This document shows positions 17,993-27,557 of a stretch of DNA of 47,330 nucleotides, piece after piece. The notes under the pieces were generated by a model. It did not search any database. It saw only the letters and a list, made by a program, of their open reading frames with translations, and was not told where the DNA came from. The DNA is from an archaeon (GTDB taxonomy: Archaea > Iainarchaeota > Iainarchaeia > Iainarchaeales > JAAZKV01), in the NCBI GenBank assembly GCA_035355675.1, contig DAOQRN010000004.1, positions 1-47,330 on the forward strand. Direction: 5' to 3'. The translations under genes and the position numbers were made by a program. Position 1 is the first letter of the stretch. Each line of letters begins with the position of its first letter.

Positions 17993-18748
17993 ATGATTGA
18001 AGAAGAAGTAAGAACTGCAGAAGTAAGTGAAATGGATGCAGATGGGGTGGAAGTTTCTGATGGGGTTGAAGAAACAACCTCTATTGATAATGACAGTAAA
18101 TTGCCTTTTCCAAGGGCTACAATCACTAATCTTATTAGAAAAAATGTTTCAAAAGGGAAACAAATTAAGGGAACTGTTAAGGATGAAATGAATCTTTGGG
18201 TCGCTTCTTTAATTGAGAAAATAACTAAAAAAATGGATTCTCAACCCTATACTTACGTTAATTATGAGATGTTAAAAGAAGCTGTGGGTCCTTATGAAGG
18301 AATGAAGAACTTGAATGAACAAAGAACTGAACTTTTAACTAAAATAAATTTAATCAAAACTCAATGTGATGAAGTTATTGCAAAAATAGATACTGATGCA
18401 AAATCAAAAACTGCTTCGTTAAATATTAATACTGATGATTTGCCTTTTCCAAAAGCTACAATTACTAATAAAATTAGAAAAAATCTTTCAGAAGGAAAAA
18501 CAATTAAAGGTCCAGTAAAAAAAGGATTAAATGTTTGGCTTGGAGGAATAGTTGAAAGAGTATCTAAAAAAATGGATTCATACAATTATCCTTATATTGA
18601 TAGAAGTATGTTTAAAGAAGCAATAGAACCCTATGATGCTATTACTGAAATCGAACTTGAAAAAGAAAGAATAATTCAACAAATGCAATCAATGAAAACA
18701 GCATGTGATATTCTATCTTCAGAAATAGAAAGAAAATTTAAATTGTAA
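17993..18748 (+). CDS. Internally duplicated histone-fold-like protein with acidic N-tail (tentative)
   Basis: Two ~110-aa repeats, each with the pattern LPFP[RK]ATITNxIRKNxSxGKxIKGxVK...NxW...KKMDSxxYxY...KEAxxPY followed by a coiled-coil helix. The helix-loop-long helix-loop-helix spacing resembles archaeal histones (LPxAxxxRIxK). Confidence 0.4.
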   Translation: MIEEEVRTAEVSEMDADGVEVSDGVEETTSIDNDSKLPFPRATITNLIRKNVSKGKQIKGTVKDEMNLWVASLIEKITKKMDSQPYTYVNYEMLKEAVGPYEGMKNLNEQRTELLTKINLIKTQCDEVIAKIDTDAKSKTASLNINTDDLPFPKATITNKIRKNLSEGKTIKGPVKKGLNVWLGGIVERVSKKMDSYNYPYIDRSMFKEAIEPYDAITEIELEKERIIQQMQSMKTACDILSSEIERKFKL

Positions 18749-18804
18749 AAAAATTGATATAAAAATAATAATTTTTTTATTAATTTATTTTTTATATTTT
18801 GTTT

Positions 18805-19377
18805 TTATAATTTAATTTCTAATTTTTCTCTAATTTTTTTAGCAACTACTCCATGTGGGTTAAAGAAAAGAAAGCTTTCGATTTGCCCAATGTTTTTTGT
18901 TTTATTATTTTCTTTTAGAGTGGCTTTTTCAAAATCAATTATTACTGGAAAAAATTTTCTTTCACCATTTAATATTTTTTCTTGTATTAAAATATTTTTG
19001 CCAACTTGGAGTTGATTGTGACTTAAATTTATTTTATCAAGTGCTAATAATTGTTTATATAATTCTTTTATTAATTCATAAAGTTCTTTTTTAGTAATGG
19101 TGTCAAATTTTTTATCTAAAACAAAATCAAAAAGTTTTTCTCCATTAATGTGTTCCATTATTACATAGTTTTTTTCAAAATTAATTTCTGATAATTTTGG
19201 TCCAACATTAATACTATTTGCAAGTTGTAGCATTTTTCCTTCACGTTCTGCAAGATCTTTTCTTGGGGATTTTTCTCTAACTTCCTTAAGAACTAACTTG
19301 TCCTCTTCTTCATTTTCAATTAACCAGATGTAAGAACTCCACCCTTTAGAAAGTTGGACTATTTTTTTAAATTTCAT
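18805..19377 (-). CDS. Small protein-kinase-like fold protein (Bud32/RIO-like, possibly inactive)
   Basis: Beta-hairpin KGWSSYIWL, LVLKEV Lys, hinge VIMEHINGEKL, catalytic-loop-like LSHNQLQVGKNILI and IIDFEKA. The usual HxD Asp appears to be Gln. Confidence 0.4.
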   Translation of the reverse strand: MKFKKIVQLSKGWSSYIWLIENEEEDKLVLKEVREKSPRKDLAEREGKMLQLANSINVGPKLSEINFEKNYVIMEHINGEKLFDFVLDKKFDTITKKELYELIKELYKQLLALDKINLSHNQLQVGKNILIQEKILNGERKFFPVIIDFEKATLKENNKTKNIGQIESFLFFNPHGVVAKKIREKLEIKL

Positions 19378-19416
19378 AAAAATTTCCTTTTTTGATTTAA
19401 TTGTTAGTGATGTGTT

Positions 19417-20211
19417 TTAATTAAATGGGTGTTCGTTTTCTATTTTTTTTATTTTAAGTTTTGTTTGTGTTTCTTCACTAGCATGTTTATTTTTTAGAGT
19501 GGTTTTAAGAAAACTTCCTGTTGGTGTAAGAGAAATGAGGAGTTCTTTTTGTTTTACTTCCATTTCAATTAAGTTCTTTTCTTTAAGTTTTTTTAAATTA
19601 TAAAACAATCCTGATTTTAGTTGTTTCATTTTATCAGAGTTTAGTTTAATGTTTCTATTTTTTGCAAATTCTTTTGTTAATTGGGTAAAAGATTTTTGAT
19701 TTTTATCTAAAATCATAATTAATTCTTTTTGTTTTTTTGCAGGGAGAGCAATTTTGCTTAGATTTATTGAAGGTAAGTCAACAAGTGCACGAGCTCCTGT
19801 TGTAATTATTTCTCCAGGGTGAGTGTATTGGGTTGGTATTACATAAAATAATTTTATTGGGTAGTATTGTGCTGCAAGCATCATTGACATTTTTAGAATG
19901 GTTGTTCCTGAAGAAATATTAACAGTGATGTCATCATATTCTTTAGTTAATTTTTCAAGGAGCGTGGTTGTTTTTTCAATACATTCTTCAAGGTTATGAA
20001 AATCAAATAAAATTATTTCATAATCAATTATTTGTTTTAGTGATTCTCCAATTTTTTCAGCAATGCTTGTAGTTGCTTCTCCCCATTTTTTATCATGAGA
20101 TTTTTGTGAGTCGGAAGAAATGAAAATTACTTTGTTTGCTGGTTTTTGTTTAATACCATAAATGAATCTGTCATACTCCCAACCCATTAAAATAACTTGG
20201 ACTGTTTTCAT
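19417..20211 (-). CDS. Csa3/CARF-like Rossmann domain plus C-terminal winged-helix regulator (tentative)
   Basis: N-terminus VQVILMGWEYDRFIYGI and VNISSGTTILKMSMMLAA resemble the Csa3-type (T/V)xGFDxxxxI and xSGG/T motifs. The C-terminus KSFTQLTKEF...GLFYNLKKLKEKNLIE looks wHTH. Confidence 0.4.
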   Translation of the reverse strand: MKTVQVILMGWEYDRFIYGIKQKPANKVIFISSDSQKSHDKKWGEATTSIAEKIGESLKQIIDYEIILFDFHNLEECIEKTTTLLEKLTKEYDDITVNISSGTTILKMSMMLAAQYYPIKLFYVIPTQYTHPGEIITTGARALVDLPSINLSKIALPAKKQKELIMILDKNQKSFTQLTKEFAKNRNIKLNSDKMKQLKSGLFYNLKKLKEKNLIEMEVKQKELLISLTPTGSFLKTTLKNKHASEETQTKLKIKKIENEHPFN

Positions 20212-20353
20212 ACAAAATCACCAAAACTTATACTAATTAAATAAAGTTTTTAAAAAACCTTTATTAAAATATTTTTAAATCATGTTAATTAATTTTTAAT
20301 ATATAAAATATTTTTTCAATAATCCTTTTATATATATCTAAACATATTATTGA

Positions 20354-20710
20354 ATGGAAAAATTTTTGGATTTTAACTTTAGAAACATTAGTGTTCTTGA
20401 TCTAAAAAACCCTGCTTTTTGTGAGTTATCTTCCGCTTCAGTTAGGGAGCAAGTTATTTCTTTAATCGGGTTTCAACCAGGATTGTCTTGTATTCAATTA
20501 ACAAAAATAATTAACTCTTTGAGAGAAAAAAAAGTAACTAATCAAGCAGTTTTTCATTTATTAAATGAACTTGCAATTGATGGGGTTTTACTTAAGAAGG
20601 ACAAGAAGTATTTTGTTAATCTTGAGTGGATCTCTAAATTAAAAAATGCTATTAGTGAAATTGAAGAAAAATCAATTCTTTCTCATGAACAAACAATTAT
20701 TCTTTGTTAA
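20354..20710 (+). CDS. Small winged-helix DNA-binding protein
   Basis: 118 aa. LSCIQLTKIINSLREKKVTNQAVFHLLNELAIDGVLLKK is wHTH-like. TATA-like ttttatatata at 20327-20337, about 17 nt upstream of the ATG (leaderless geometry). Confidence 0.5.
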   Translation: MEKFLDFNFRNISVLDLKNPAFCELSSASVREQVISLIGFQPGLSCIQLTKIINSLREKKVTNQAVFHLLNELAIDGVLLKKDKKYFVNLEWISKLKNAISEIEEKSILSHEQTIILC

Positions 20711-20882
20711 TTTTTTTAGTAGTTGTTGTTTTGTTTTAGTTTGTTAGTTTTTTCATTATATTTTTTTGTGCTTATTTTTAATGCTTTTTTTCTCGTTCCA
20801 TAAGCTTTATATTCCTTTTTTTGAAGTATTACTTTAGTGTTGACTAATTGTTTTGAATTATTTTTACTAAGGGGGATATAGT

Positions 20883-22514
20883 ATGGCTGAAAATGGACAA
20901 GATAATGCTTTCATGGGTGAAGGCACTAAAAGAACAAGGGGAAAGGATGCTCAAAGAATGAATATTTTAATTGCAAGAGCTGTGGCTCAAGCAGTGAAAA
21001 CAACTCTTGGTCCTAAAGGAATGGACAAAATGATTGTGGATGATTTAGGGGATGTTACTATCTCAAATGATGGTGCGACTATTTTATCAGAAATGGCAAT
21101 AGAGCACCCTGTTGGAAAAATGATGGTTGATGTTGCAAAAACGCAAGATAAAGAAGTTGGAGACGGAACAACTTCAGCAGTAGTACTAGCAGGAACTTTT
21201 TTAGAAAAAGCAGAAAAATTACTTGATGATTCAATTCACCCAAGTGTAATAATTAATGGGTATAGAATTGCTGCGCAGAAATCAAAAGAATTTTATTCAG
21301 AAATAGCTGATCCAATTGATTTTGTTGATAAAAAATTAATTAGAACAGTAGCACTAACTTCAATGACGGGAAAAGCTGCAGAATCAGCAGAAGTTTTAGC
21401 TGATATAGTAGTTGACGCTGTTACTTCAGTAGTTGATGCTGATGGAAAAAAAATGGTTATTAACGAAGATAATATAAAACTTGAAAAAAAAACCGGAGGA
21501 TCACTTAAAGACACTCAACTTGTTAGTGGAATTGTAATTGATAAAGAAATTGTTCACACTGGGATGCCAAGAAGTGTAAGTGAAGCAAAAATTGCATTAC
21601 TTGATTTAGCTCTTGAAGTAAGAGAACCCGAAAATGATGCAAAAATAGAAATCAACACTCCTGAACAACTTCAAGCATTTATTGATGAAGAAGAAAAACA
21701 ACTAAAACAAATGGTTGTACAAATAAAAAACTCTGGAGCAAATGTGGTATTTACTCAAAAAGGAATTGATGACCTTGCACAACACTATTTAGCTAAAGAA
21801 AAAATAATTGCTGTAAGAAGAGTAAAAAAATCTGATATGGATGCACTTGCTCGAGCGACAGGAGCAACTACAGTTACAAGCATTAAAGAATTAAATTCAA
21901 AAGATTTGGGATATGCTGGAAAAGTATTGGAAAAAAAAGTTTCTGGAGACAACATGGTGTTTGTTGAAGGATGCAAAAACCCAAAAAGTGTTTCAATATT
22001 AATTAGAGGGGGAACAGAACACGTAGTTGACGAAGCTGAACGCGCTTTAGTTGATTCAATTGGAGCTGTTTCTTCAGCTATTGAAGTAGGAAAAATACTT
22101 GTTGGTGCGGGTTCTTGCGAAATAGAAGTTGCGATGAGACTAAGAGATTATGCAAAAACTGTTGGAGGAAGAGAACAACTTGCAATAGAAGCTTTTGCTG
22201 AAGCACTAGAAATAATTCCTAGAACTTTAGCAGAAACAGCTGGAATGGACCCAATAGATACTCTTGTTACACTAAGAAGTATGCACACAAAAAAAGACGG
22301 AAAATATGTTGGAGTAAATGTTTTCAAATCAAAAGTAGAGGATATGAAAAATGCTAAAGTTCTTGAACCACTTAAAGTAAAAACACAAGCAATAGATTCA
22401 GCAAGTGAAGTATCAGAAATGATACTAAGAATTGATGATATTATTTTAGGATCATCAAAAGGAAAAATGCAACCAGGAATGGGTGGAATGGGGCCAAATG
22501 GAATGGAAATGTAA
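20883..22514 (+). CDS. ths: Thermosome subunit (group II chaperonin)
   Basis: [18 protein letters not shown]-like [18 protein letters not shown], GGGxxE-like VGAGSCEIE, and a C-terminal GMGGMG tail. GGGGGAT SD upstream. Confidence 0.95.
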   Translation: MAENGQDNAFMGEGTKRTRGKDAQRMNILIARAVAQAVKTTLGPKGMDKMIVDDLGDVTISNDGATILSEMAIEHPVGKMMVDVAKTQDKEVGDGTTSAVVLAGTFLEKAEKLLDDSIHPSVIINGYRIAAQKSKEFYSEIADPIDFVDKKLIRTVALTSMTGKAAESAEVLADIVVDAVTSVVDADGKKMVINEDNIKLEKKTGGSLKDTQLVSGIVIDKEIVHTGMPRSVSEAKIALLDLALEVREPENDAKIEINTPEQLQAFIDEEEKQLKQMVVQIKNSGANVVFTQKGIDDLAQHYLAKEKIIAVRRVKKSDMDALARATGATTVTSIKELNSKDLGYAGKVLEKKVSGDNMVFVEGCKNPKSVSILIRGGTEHVVDEAERALVDSIGAVSSAIEVGKILVGAGSCEIEVAMRLRDYAKTVGGREQLAIEAFAEALEIIPRTLAETAGMDPIDTLVTLRSMHTKKDGKYVGVNVFKSKVEDMKNAKVLEPLKVKTQAIDSASEVSEMILRIDDIILGSSKGKMQPGMGGMGPNGMEM

Positions 22515-22539
22515 TTTAGGGCCTAAAAAACAATTAACA

Positions 22540-22581
22540 AATAGTTGGACTATTAAATTGTCCAACTATTCTAATTTTTTT
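22540..22581 (+). terminator. Hairpin plus T-run after the thermosome gene
   Basis: 11-bp perfect inverted repeat aatagttggac (22540-22550) / gtccaactatt (22560-22570), followed by ttttttt. Confidence 0.6.
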
Positions 22582-22788
22582 AATAAAAATAAATAAAAAA
22601 TGTAACACAATTTATTGGACAATTTTAAAATGCTTTTTATTTTTTGATTTTTAATTTTTAGTCTTTTATTTTTAGTTCATAATTTTTAAATTGAAGTTTT
22701 AAATTTAATTATTTTTTAAGTCTTGATTAATTTTTTGTTTTTTTCTTTTGACAATATTGTTTTTATTCTCTTCTTTTCTATTTAATTC

Positions 22789-23448
22789 ATGGTTTTGAAA
22801 AAAAAGTCTTCTAAAAAAGTAGTTCAAAAAAAGAAAAAAGTTCTTTCAAAGAAAACTCTAAAAAAGAAAGGACTTGTTTTTGTAATAACTGGCCCTTCAG
22901 GGGTGGGAAAAACTACTATTGCTGAAAATGTAATGAAGGATCTAAAAAATAAATTCAAAAGAGTAATAACTTGTACAACAAGAGCTCCACGTGTCGGAGA
23001 AAAAAACAATGTTGATTATCATTTTTTATCAAAAAATGAGTTTGAAAAATTATTGAAAAAAAATGCTTTTTTTGAGTGGGCAAAAGTGTATGACAATTAT
23101 TATGGATCACTAAAAAAAGAAATTAATGCTGTCACAAATTCAGGAAAAAATGTTTTACTTGTAACTGATAATCAAGGAGCAATTTCAATTCAAGAAAAAA
23201 ACAAAGGAGTAATAACAATTTTTATTAAACCTCCAACAATTGATGACTTGCGGGCTCGACTTGAAAAAAGAGGAAAAGATAGTAAAGAAGTAATTGATAA
23301 AAGAATTTCAGTCGCAGAGGCAGAAATAATTCAAATGGGTTTATTCAATTTTGTAGTAGTAAATGATGTGTTAAGCGACGCGATAGCAGAAACAAAAGAT
23401 ATTATTTTAGTTAGATCAAAAAAAGTTTTAGAAAAAATAAAAAAATGA
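22789..23448 (+). CDS. gmk: Guanylate kinase with Lys-rich N-terminal extension
   Basis: P-loop VITGPSGVGKTT, TTRAPRVGEKNNVDYHF, YYG. 28 aa of K-rich sequence precede the core, with no alternative ATG. Confidence 0.85.
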   Translation: MVLKKKSSKKVVQKKKKVLSKKTLKKKGLVFVITGPSGVGKTTIAENVMKDLKNKFKRVITCTTRAPRVGEKNNVDYHFLSKNEFEKLLKKNAFFEWAKVYDNYYGSLKKEINAVTNSGKNVLLVTDNQGAISIQEKNKGVITIFIKPPTIDDLRARLEKRGKDSKEVIDKRISVAEAEIIQMGLFNFVVVNDVLSDAIAETKDIILVRSKKVLEKIKK

Positions 23449-23591
23449 TTTTTAAAAAACGATTTAATTAATTTTTTTATGATGTTTTTTATATAAATTA
23501 AAAAAAATAGTTTTTTTTAAAAATTAAAAACAATTAAATACAATAAAATTCAATATATTGTAATAAAAGTGTTTATTGAAGTGTGATTTTT

Positions 23592-24239
23592 ATGATGGAA
23601 ATTGTTTCAGAAGTTTTTACAAATACTTATACTGCTTTTGTTAATTCAATCCCTATGCTTACTTTTGTTTTTGTTTTAATTATTGTTGGTTACTTGTTTG
23701 GACTTCTTGTAAAATTTTTAGCAATTAGTTTACTAAAATATGTCGGGCTTGATGATTGGTTTGAGAATCAAAACCTTCTAGCAGCACTTGGTAATAAGGA
23801 TTTATCAGAAATAATTGGGTCAATTCTAAAATGGTACGTGTTTTTTATTTTCCTAAAACAAGCAGTTGAATTAATTAATTTGTTTACAATAAAAGAAATG
23901 CTTGGTTTTTGGATAAGTTTTATTTTAACATTAATTGCAGCATTTGTTGTTCTTGTTCTTGGAATGATTGTTGGTAGGTATGTTAGGAATGCAGTGGAGG
24001 CAACAAAAGTTGCTATGAAAAAAATGTTGGGATTAGTTTTAGAATTAATGATAGTGTATGTAGCATTTGTAATGGGAATTAAAATGATTGGGCTTCCAAC
24101 TCAATTACTTGAATACACTTTCTTAATTGCTGTTTTTGGAGCAGTATTTGCAGTAAGTTTAATGCTTGGAATTGGATTTGGTTTAGCACTAAAAGATGAA
24201 GCAAAAACAATAGTAAAAGAAGTAAAAAAGAAAAAATAA
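23592..24239 (+). CDS. Polytopic membrane protein, unknown function
   Basis: About 5 TM helices and a KEVKKKK tail. ATG at 23592 (track ORF starts at GTG 23583). Confidence 0.45.
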   Translation: MMEIVSEVFTNTYTAFVNSIPMLTFVFVLIIVGYLFGLLVKFLAISLLKYVGLDDWFENQNLLAALGNKDLSEIIGSILKWYVFFIFLKQAVELINLFTIKEMLGFWISFILTLIAAFVVLVLGMIVGRYVRNAVEATKVAMKKMLGLVLELMIVYVAFVMGIKMIGLPTQLLEYTFLIAVFGAVFAVSLMLGIGFGLALKDEAKTIVKEVKKKK

Positions 24240-24474
24240 TACTTTTCTCATAAACCTGCATTAACCCCCTATTTTTTAAATCCTATTATTTACTCATTAA
24301 TTATGAATTCTAGAAGGGATTTAGCCATACTCAAATAAGTTCTACTATTTATCACATTTAACTAAATTCACAATTTTTTTAACAATTTCTTTAATTAAGT
24401 TCTTTTTTAAATCTTCATTTTCTAGAATTATTAGGAGTGAGTTAAAAAATTAGTTAAAAACTAATTGAATTTTT

Positions 24475-24549
24475 GGACGATTAGCTCAGCCTGGTTAGAG
24501 CATTAGTCTTATACACTAGGGGTCAGCGGTTCAAATCCGCTATCGTCCA
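24475..24549 (+). tRNA. tRNA-Ile (anticodon UAU)
   Basis: Clean hand-folded cloverleaf. Acceptor GGACGAT/ATCGTCC, D-arm GCTC-AGCCTGGTTA-GAGC, anticodon stem TTAGT/ACTAG, loop CUUAUAC (anticodon UAU), T-arm AGCGG-TTCAAAT-CCGCT, discriminator A. Confidence 0.85.
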
Positions 24550-24595
24550 CTTAATTTTAAAAAATTAAAAATTAAATTTGGGTTTTGTGAGAAAT

Positions 24596-27460
24596 ATGTC
24601 AAGGTTTGAAGTAGAAAAAAAGATTTCCGATTTCTGGGAAGAAAACAAATTCTTTGAAAAATCTGTTTCAATGAGACCAATTGATAAGCAATATGTTTTC
24701 TATGATGGTCCACCTTTTGCAACAGGTCTTCCTCATTATGGACACATTTTAGGTTTAACAAGTAAAGATGTTTTTCCAAGATACTGGACAATGAAGGGTT
24801 ATAGAGTTGAAAGAAGATGGGGTTGGGATTGTCACGGACTTCCAATTGAAAGTATTGCTGAAAAAGAACTTGGAATAAAAAACAAAAAAGAAATCGAAGC
24901 AATGGGTGTTGATAAATTTAACGAATTTTGTAGATCAAAAGTTTTCTTTTTTGAAAAAGAATGGAAAAAAACTGTTAGAACAATGGGAAAATGGATCGAG
25001 TTTGATAATTCTTACAAAACAATGGATAACACATACATGGAATCAGTTTGGAACATTTTCAAAACACTTTATGATAAAAAATATATTTATGAAGGAAAAA
25101 AAATCTTGATGTATTGTCCTCATTGTCAAACTCCTCTTGCAAATTCAGAAATTGCGATGGATAATAGTTATAGAGATGTTACAGAAAAAACAGCAACAGT
25201 TGCTTTTAAAGTAAAAGGAAAAGAAGATGAATTTATTTTAGCATGGACTACTACTCCTTGGACACTAATTGGAAATGTAGCGCTAGCAGTAAATCCTGAA
25301 CTTGATTATGTAAAGATTGATGTGTTTGGAAAAAAATTTATTTTAGCAAAAGAATTAATTACTAATTTTTTCCTGCATTATGAATTAATTGAAGAATTCA
25401 AAGGTAGTAAAATTTTAGGTCTTGAATATGATCCACTTTATGAAATGAATTTGAATGGAAAAAAAGGACACTATATAATTGATGGTGGAAAAGATGTAAC
25501 TGCAGTAGACGGAACAGGAATAGTTCACATGGCAATTTATGGTGAATTTGATTATCAAATGATTAGAAAATATGATTTACCAATAATACAACACATAGGA
25601 AATGATGGGACATTAATTGAAGGGCCAAAAAATTGGTTAGGTAAATGGTTCAAAAAAGTTGATGCTGATGTTTTAGGTGATTTACAAGATAGGGGAATTT
25701 TAATTGAGGAAAAAAGTTACAATCACTCATACCCTTTTTGTTATAGGTGTGAAACTCCATTAATTTACAATGCGGTTGATTCTTGGTTTGTGGATATAAC
25801 AAAAGTAAAACCTCAATTAATGAAATCGGCTGAGAGCATTAATTGGTATCCTGAAAATATTAAAGAAGGAAGATTCAAGTATATTTTAGAAACAGCTCCT
25901 GATTGGAGTATTTCAAGAAATAGATTTTGGGCAACAGCAATTCCAGTATGGAAATGTGAAAAATGTAATAATGTAAAAGTAATTGGGAGTGTTGATGAAT
26001 TAAAACAAAATGCTGTAGAAAAGTTAGAAGGTGAAGTAGATTTACACAAACACATAGTTGACAAAATTCAGTTAAAATGTTCTTGTGGGGCAACAATGAA
26101 TAGAATCCCTGAAGTTCTTGATTGTTGGTTTGAATCAGGAAGTATGCCTTATGCAGCAAAACATTATCCTTTTGAAAACCAAGAATGGTTTGAAACAAAT
26201 TTTCCTTGTGATTTTATTTCAGAATACATTGCACAAGTTAGAGCATGGTTTTACTATATGCATGTGCTTTCAACTCTTTTGTTTGATAAAGCTCCTTTCA
26301 AAAGCGTTGTAGTATCAGGGACTGTTCTTGCAAGTGACGGAACAAAAATGTCAAAATCCAAAGGAAACTTTCCAGATCCAAACAAAATATTTGAAACTTA
26401 CGGGGCAGATTCTTTACGACTTTATTTAATGTCTTCAGCATTAATGAGAGCAGAAGATTTGAATTTCATTGAAGATAATGTAAAAGAAATGCATAGAAAA
26501 GTAGTAATGATTCTTGCAAATGTAAAAAATTTTTATGAATTATTTTCAGCAACAGGGATAGATCCTGCTAACGATTCTTCAACAAATATTTTAGACAAAT
26601 GGATGATTAGTAAAACAAATAATTTAGTAAAAAATGCTACAAAATACTATGATGATTATAATACAATAAATTTGTGTGCAGAAATTGTAGGTTTTATTGA
26701 TGATTTATCAACATGGTTTGTTAGAAGAAGTAGGGATAGGTTCAAAAGTGATGATGAAAATGAAAAAAATACTGCAATAACTACGCTTGCATATACTTTA
26801 ACTAATTTATCAAAAGTAATGGCACCAATTGCACCATTCATTTCAGAAGAAGTGTATCAATCACTAAAAAAATCTTGTGTGGATTTAAAAGATTCAGTAC
26901 ACTTAGATGATTGGCCAAAATATAATGGAAAATTAATTGATGCTGATTTAGAAAAAACTATGGTTGTTGTTAGAGAAATTTGCAGTAAAGCACTTGATGA
27001 GAGAAAAAAATCAAATATTCCAATAAGACAAGCATTAGGCGAATTATCTTTTAGTGGAGCAAAAATAAAATTATCAGAAGAATTACTTGAAATAATAAAA
27101 GATGAATTGAATGTAAAAAAAATAATTCAAGGGAGCTTAAGTGAAAAAGAAAACTCTGAAGTTATTGTAACTCTTGATACAAAAATAACTCCTGAATTAT
27201 TAAGAGAAGGAATTTCAAGAGAATTAATCAGAAAAATAAATGATTATAGAAAAGAATTAAATTTAACAATAAAAAATAAAATAAGTTTAACAATAGAAAC
27301 AAGTGATGATACAATAAAACAAAGTGTTAGTGAATTTTCTAGTGAAATAAAAAAGTCAGTTCAAGCAATAGAAATTGTTCAAAATGCTTGTAGTAGTGAT
27401 AGAGTAAAAGAAGTTGAATTAAATAAAGCAAAAATAAAATTACAAATTGATTTAGTTTAA
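24596..27460 (+). CDS. ileS: Isoleucyl-tRNA synthetase
   Basis: HIGH motif PHYGHILG, KMSKS motif KMSKSKGN, CP1 editing-domain blocks (TTTPWTL), and Cys clusters. First ATG at 24596 (track ORF starts at TTG 24578). Confidence 0.95.
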   Translation: MSRFEVEKKISDFWEENKFFEKSVSMRPIDKQYVFYDGPPFATGLPHYGHILGLTSKDVFPRYWTMKGYRVERRWGWDCHGLPIESIAEKELGIKNKKEIEAMGVDKFNEFCRSKVFFFEKEWKKTVRTMGKWIEFDNSYKTMDNTYMESVWNIFKTLYDKKYIYEGKKILMYCPHCQTPLANSEIAMDNSYRDVTEKTATVAFKVKGKEDEFILAWTTTPWTLIGNVALAVNPELDYVKIDVFGKKFILAKELITNFFLHYELIEEFKGSKILGLEYDPLYEMNLNGKKGHYIIDGGKDVTAVDGTGIVHMAIYGEFDYQMIRKYDLPIIQHIGNDGTLIEGPKNWLGKWFKKVDADVLGDLQDRGILIEEKSYNHSYPFCYRCETPLIYNAVDSWFVDITKVKPQLMKSAESINWYPENIKEGRFKYILETAPDWSISRNRFWATAIPVWKCEKCNNVKVIGSVDELKQNAVEKLEGEVDLHKHIVDKIQLKCSCGATMNRIPEVLDCWFESGSMPYAAKHYPFENQEWFETNFPCDFISEYIAQVRAWFYYMHVLSTLLFDKAPFKSVVVSGTVLASDGTKMSKSKGNFPDPNKIFETYGADSLRLYLMSSALMRAEDLNFIEDNVKEMHRKVVMILANVKNFYELFSATGIDPANDSSTNILDKWMISKTNNLVKNATKYYDDYNTINLCAEIVGFIDDLSTWFVRRSRDRFKSDDENEKNTAITTLAYTLTNLSKVMAPIAPFISEEVYQSLKKSCVDLKDSVHLDDWPKYNGKLIDADLEKTMVVVREICSKALDERKKSNIPIRQALGELSFSGAKIKLSEELLEIIKDELNVKKIIQGSLSEKENSEVIVTLDTKITPELLREGISRELIRKINDYRKELNLTIKNKISLTIETSDDTIKQSVSEFSSEIKKSVQAIEIVQNACSSDRVKEVELNKAKIKLQIDLV

Positions 27461-27557
27461 AGGAAAAATAAAATTACAAATTGATTTAATTAATTAATTT
27501 TGTTATTTATCTTTTTAGAATTTGTTTTTGATTTAATGATTGTTGAGGATTTTTATT

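Noticed and set aside
24540-26312. Several 60-120 aa ORFs antisense to or out of frame within ileS (24540-24902, 24906-25109, 25813-26064, 25875-26198, 26118-26312)
   Set aside because: They lie inside a gene with continuous, strongly recognisable IleRS homology. Their products are low-complexity L/F/Q-rich shadows typical of AT-rich DNA.
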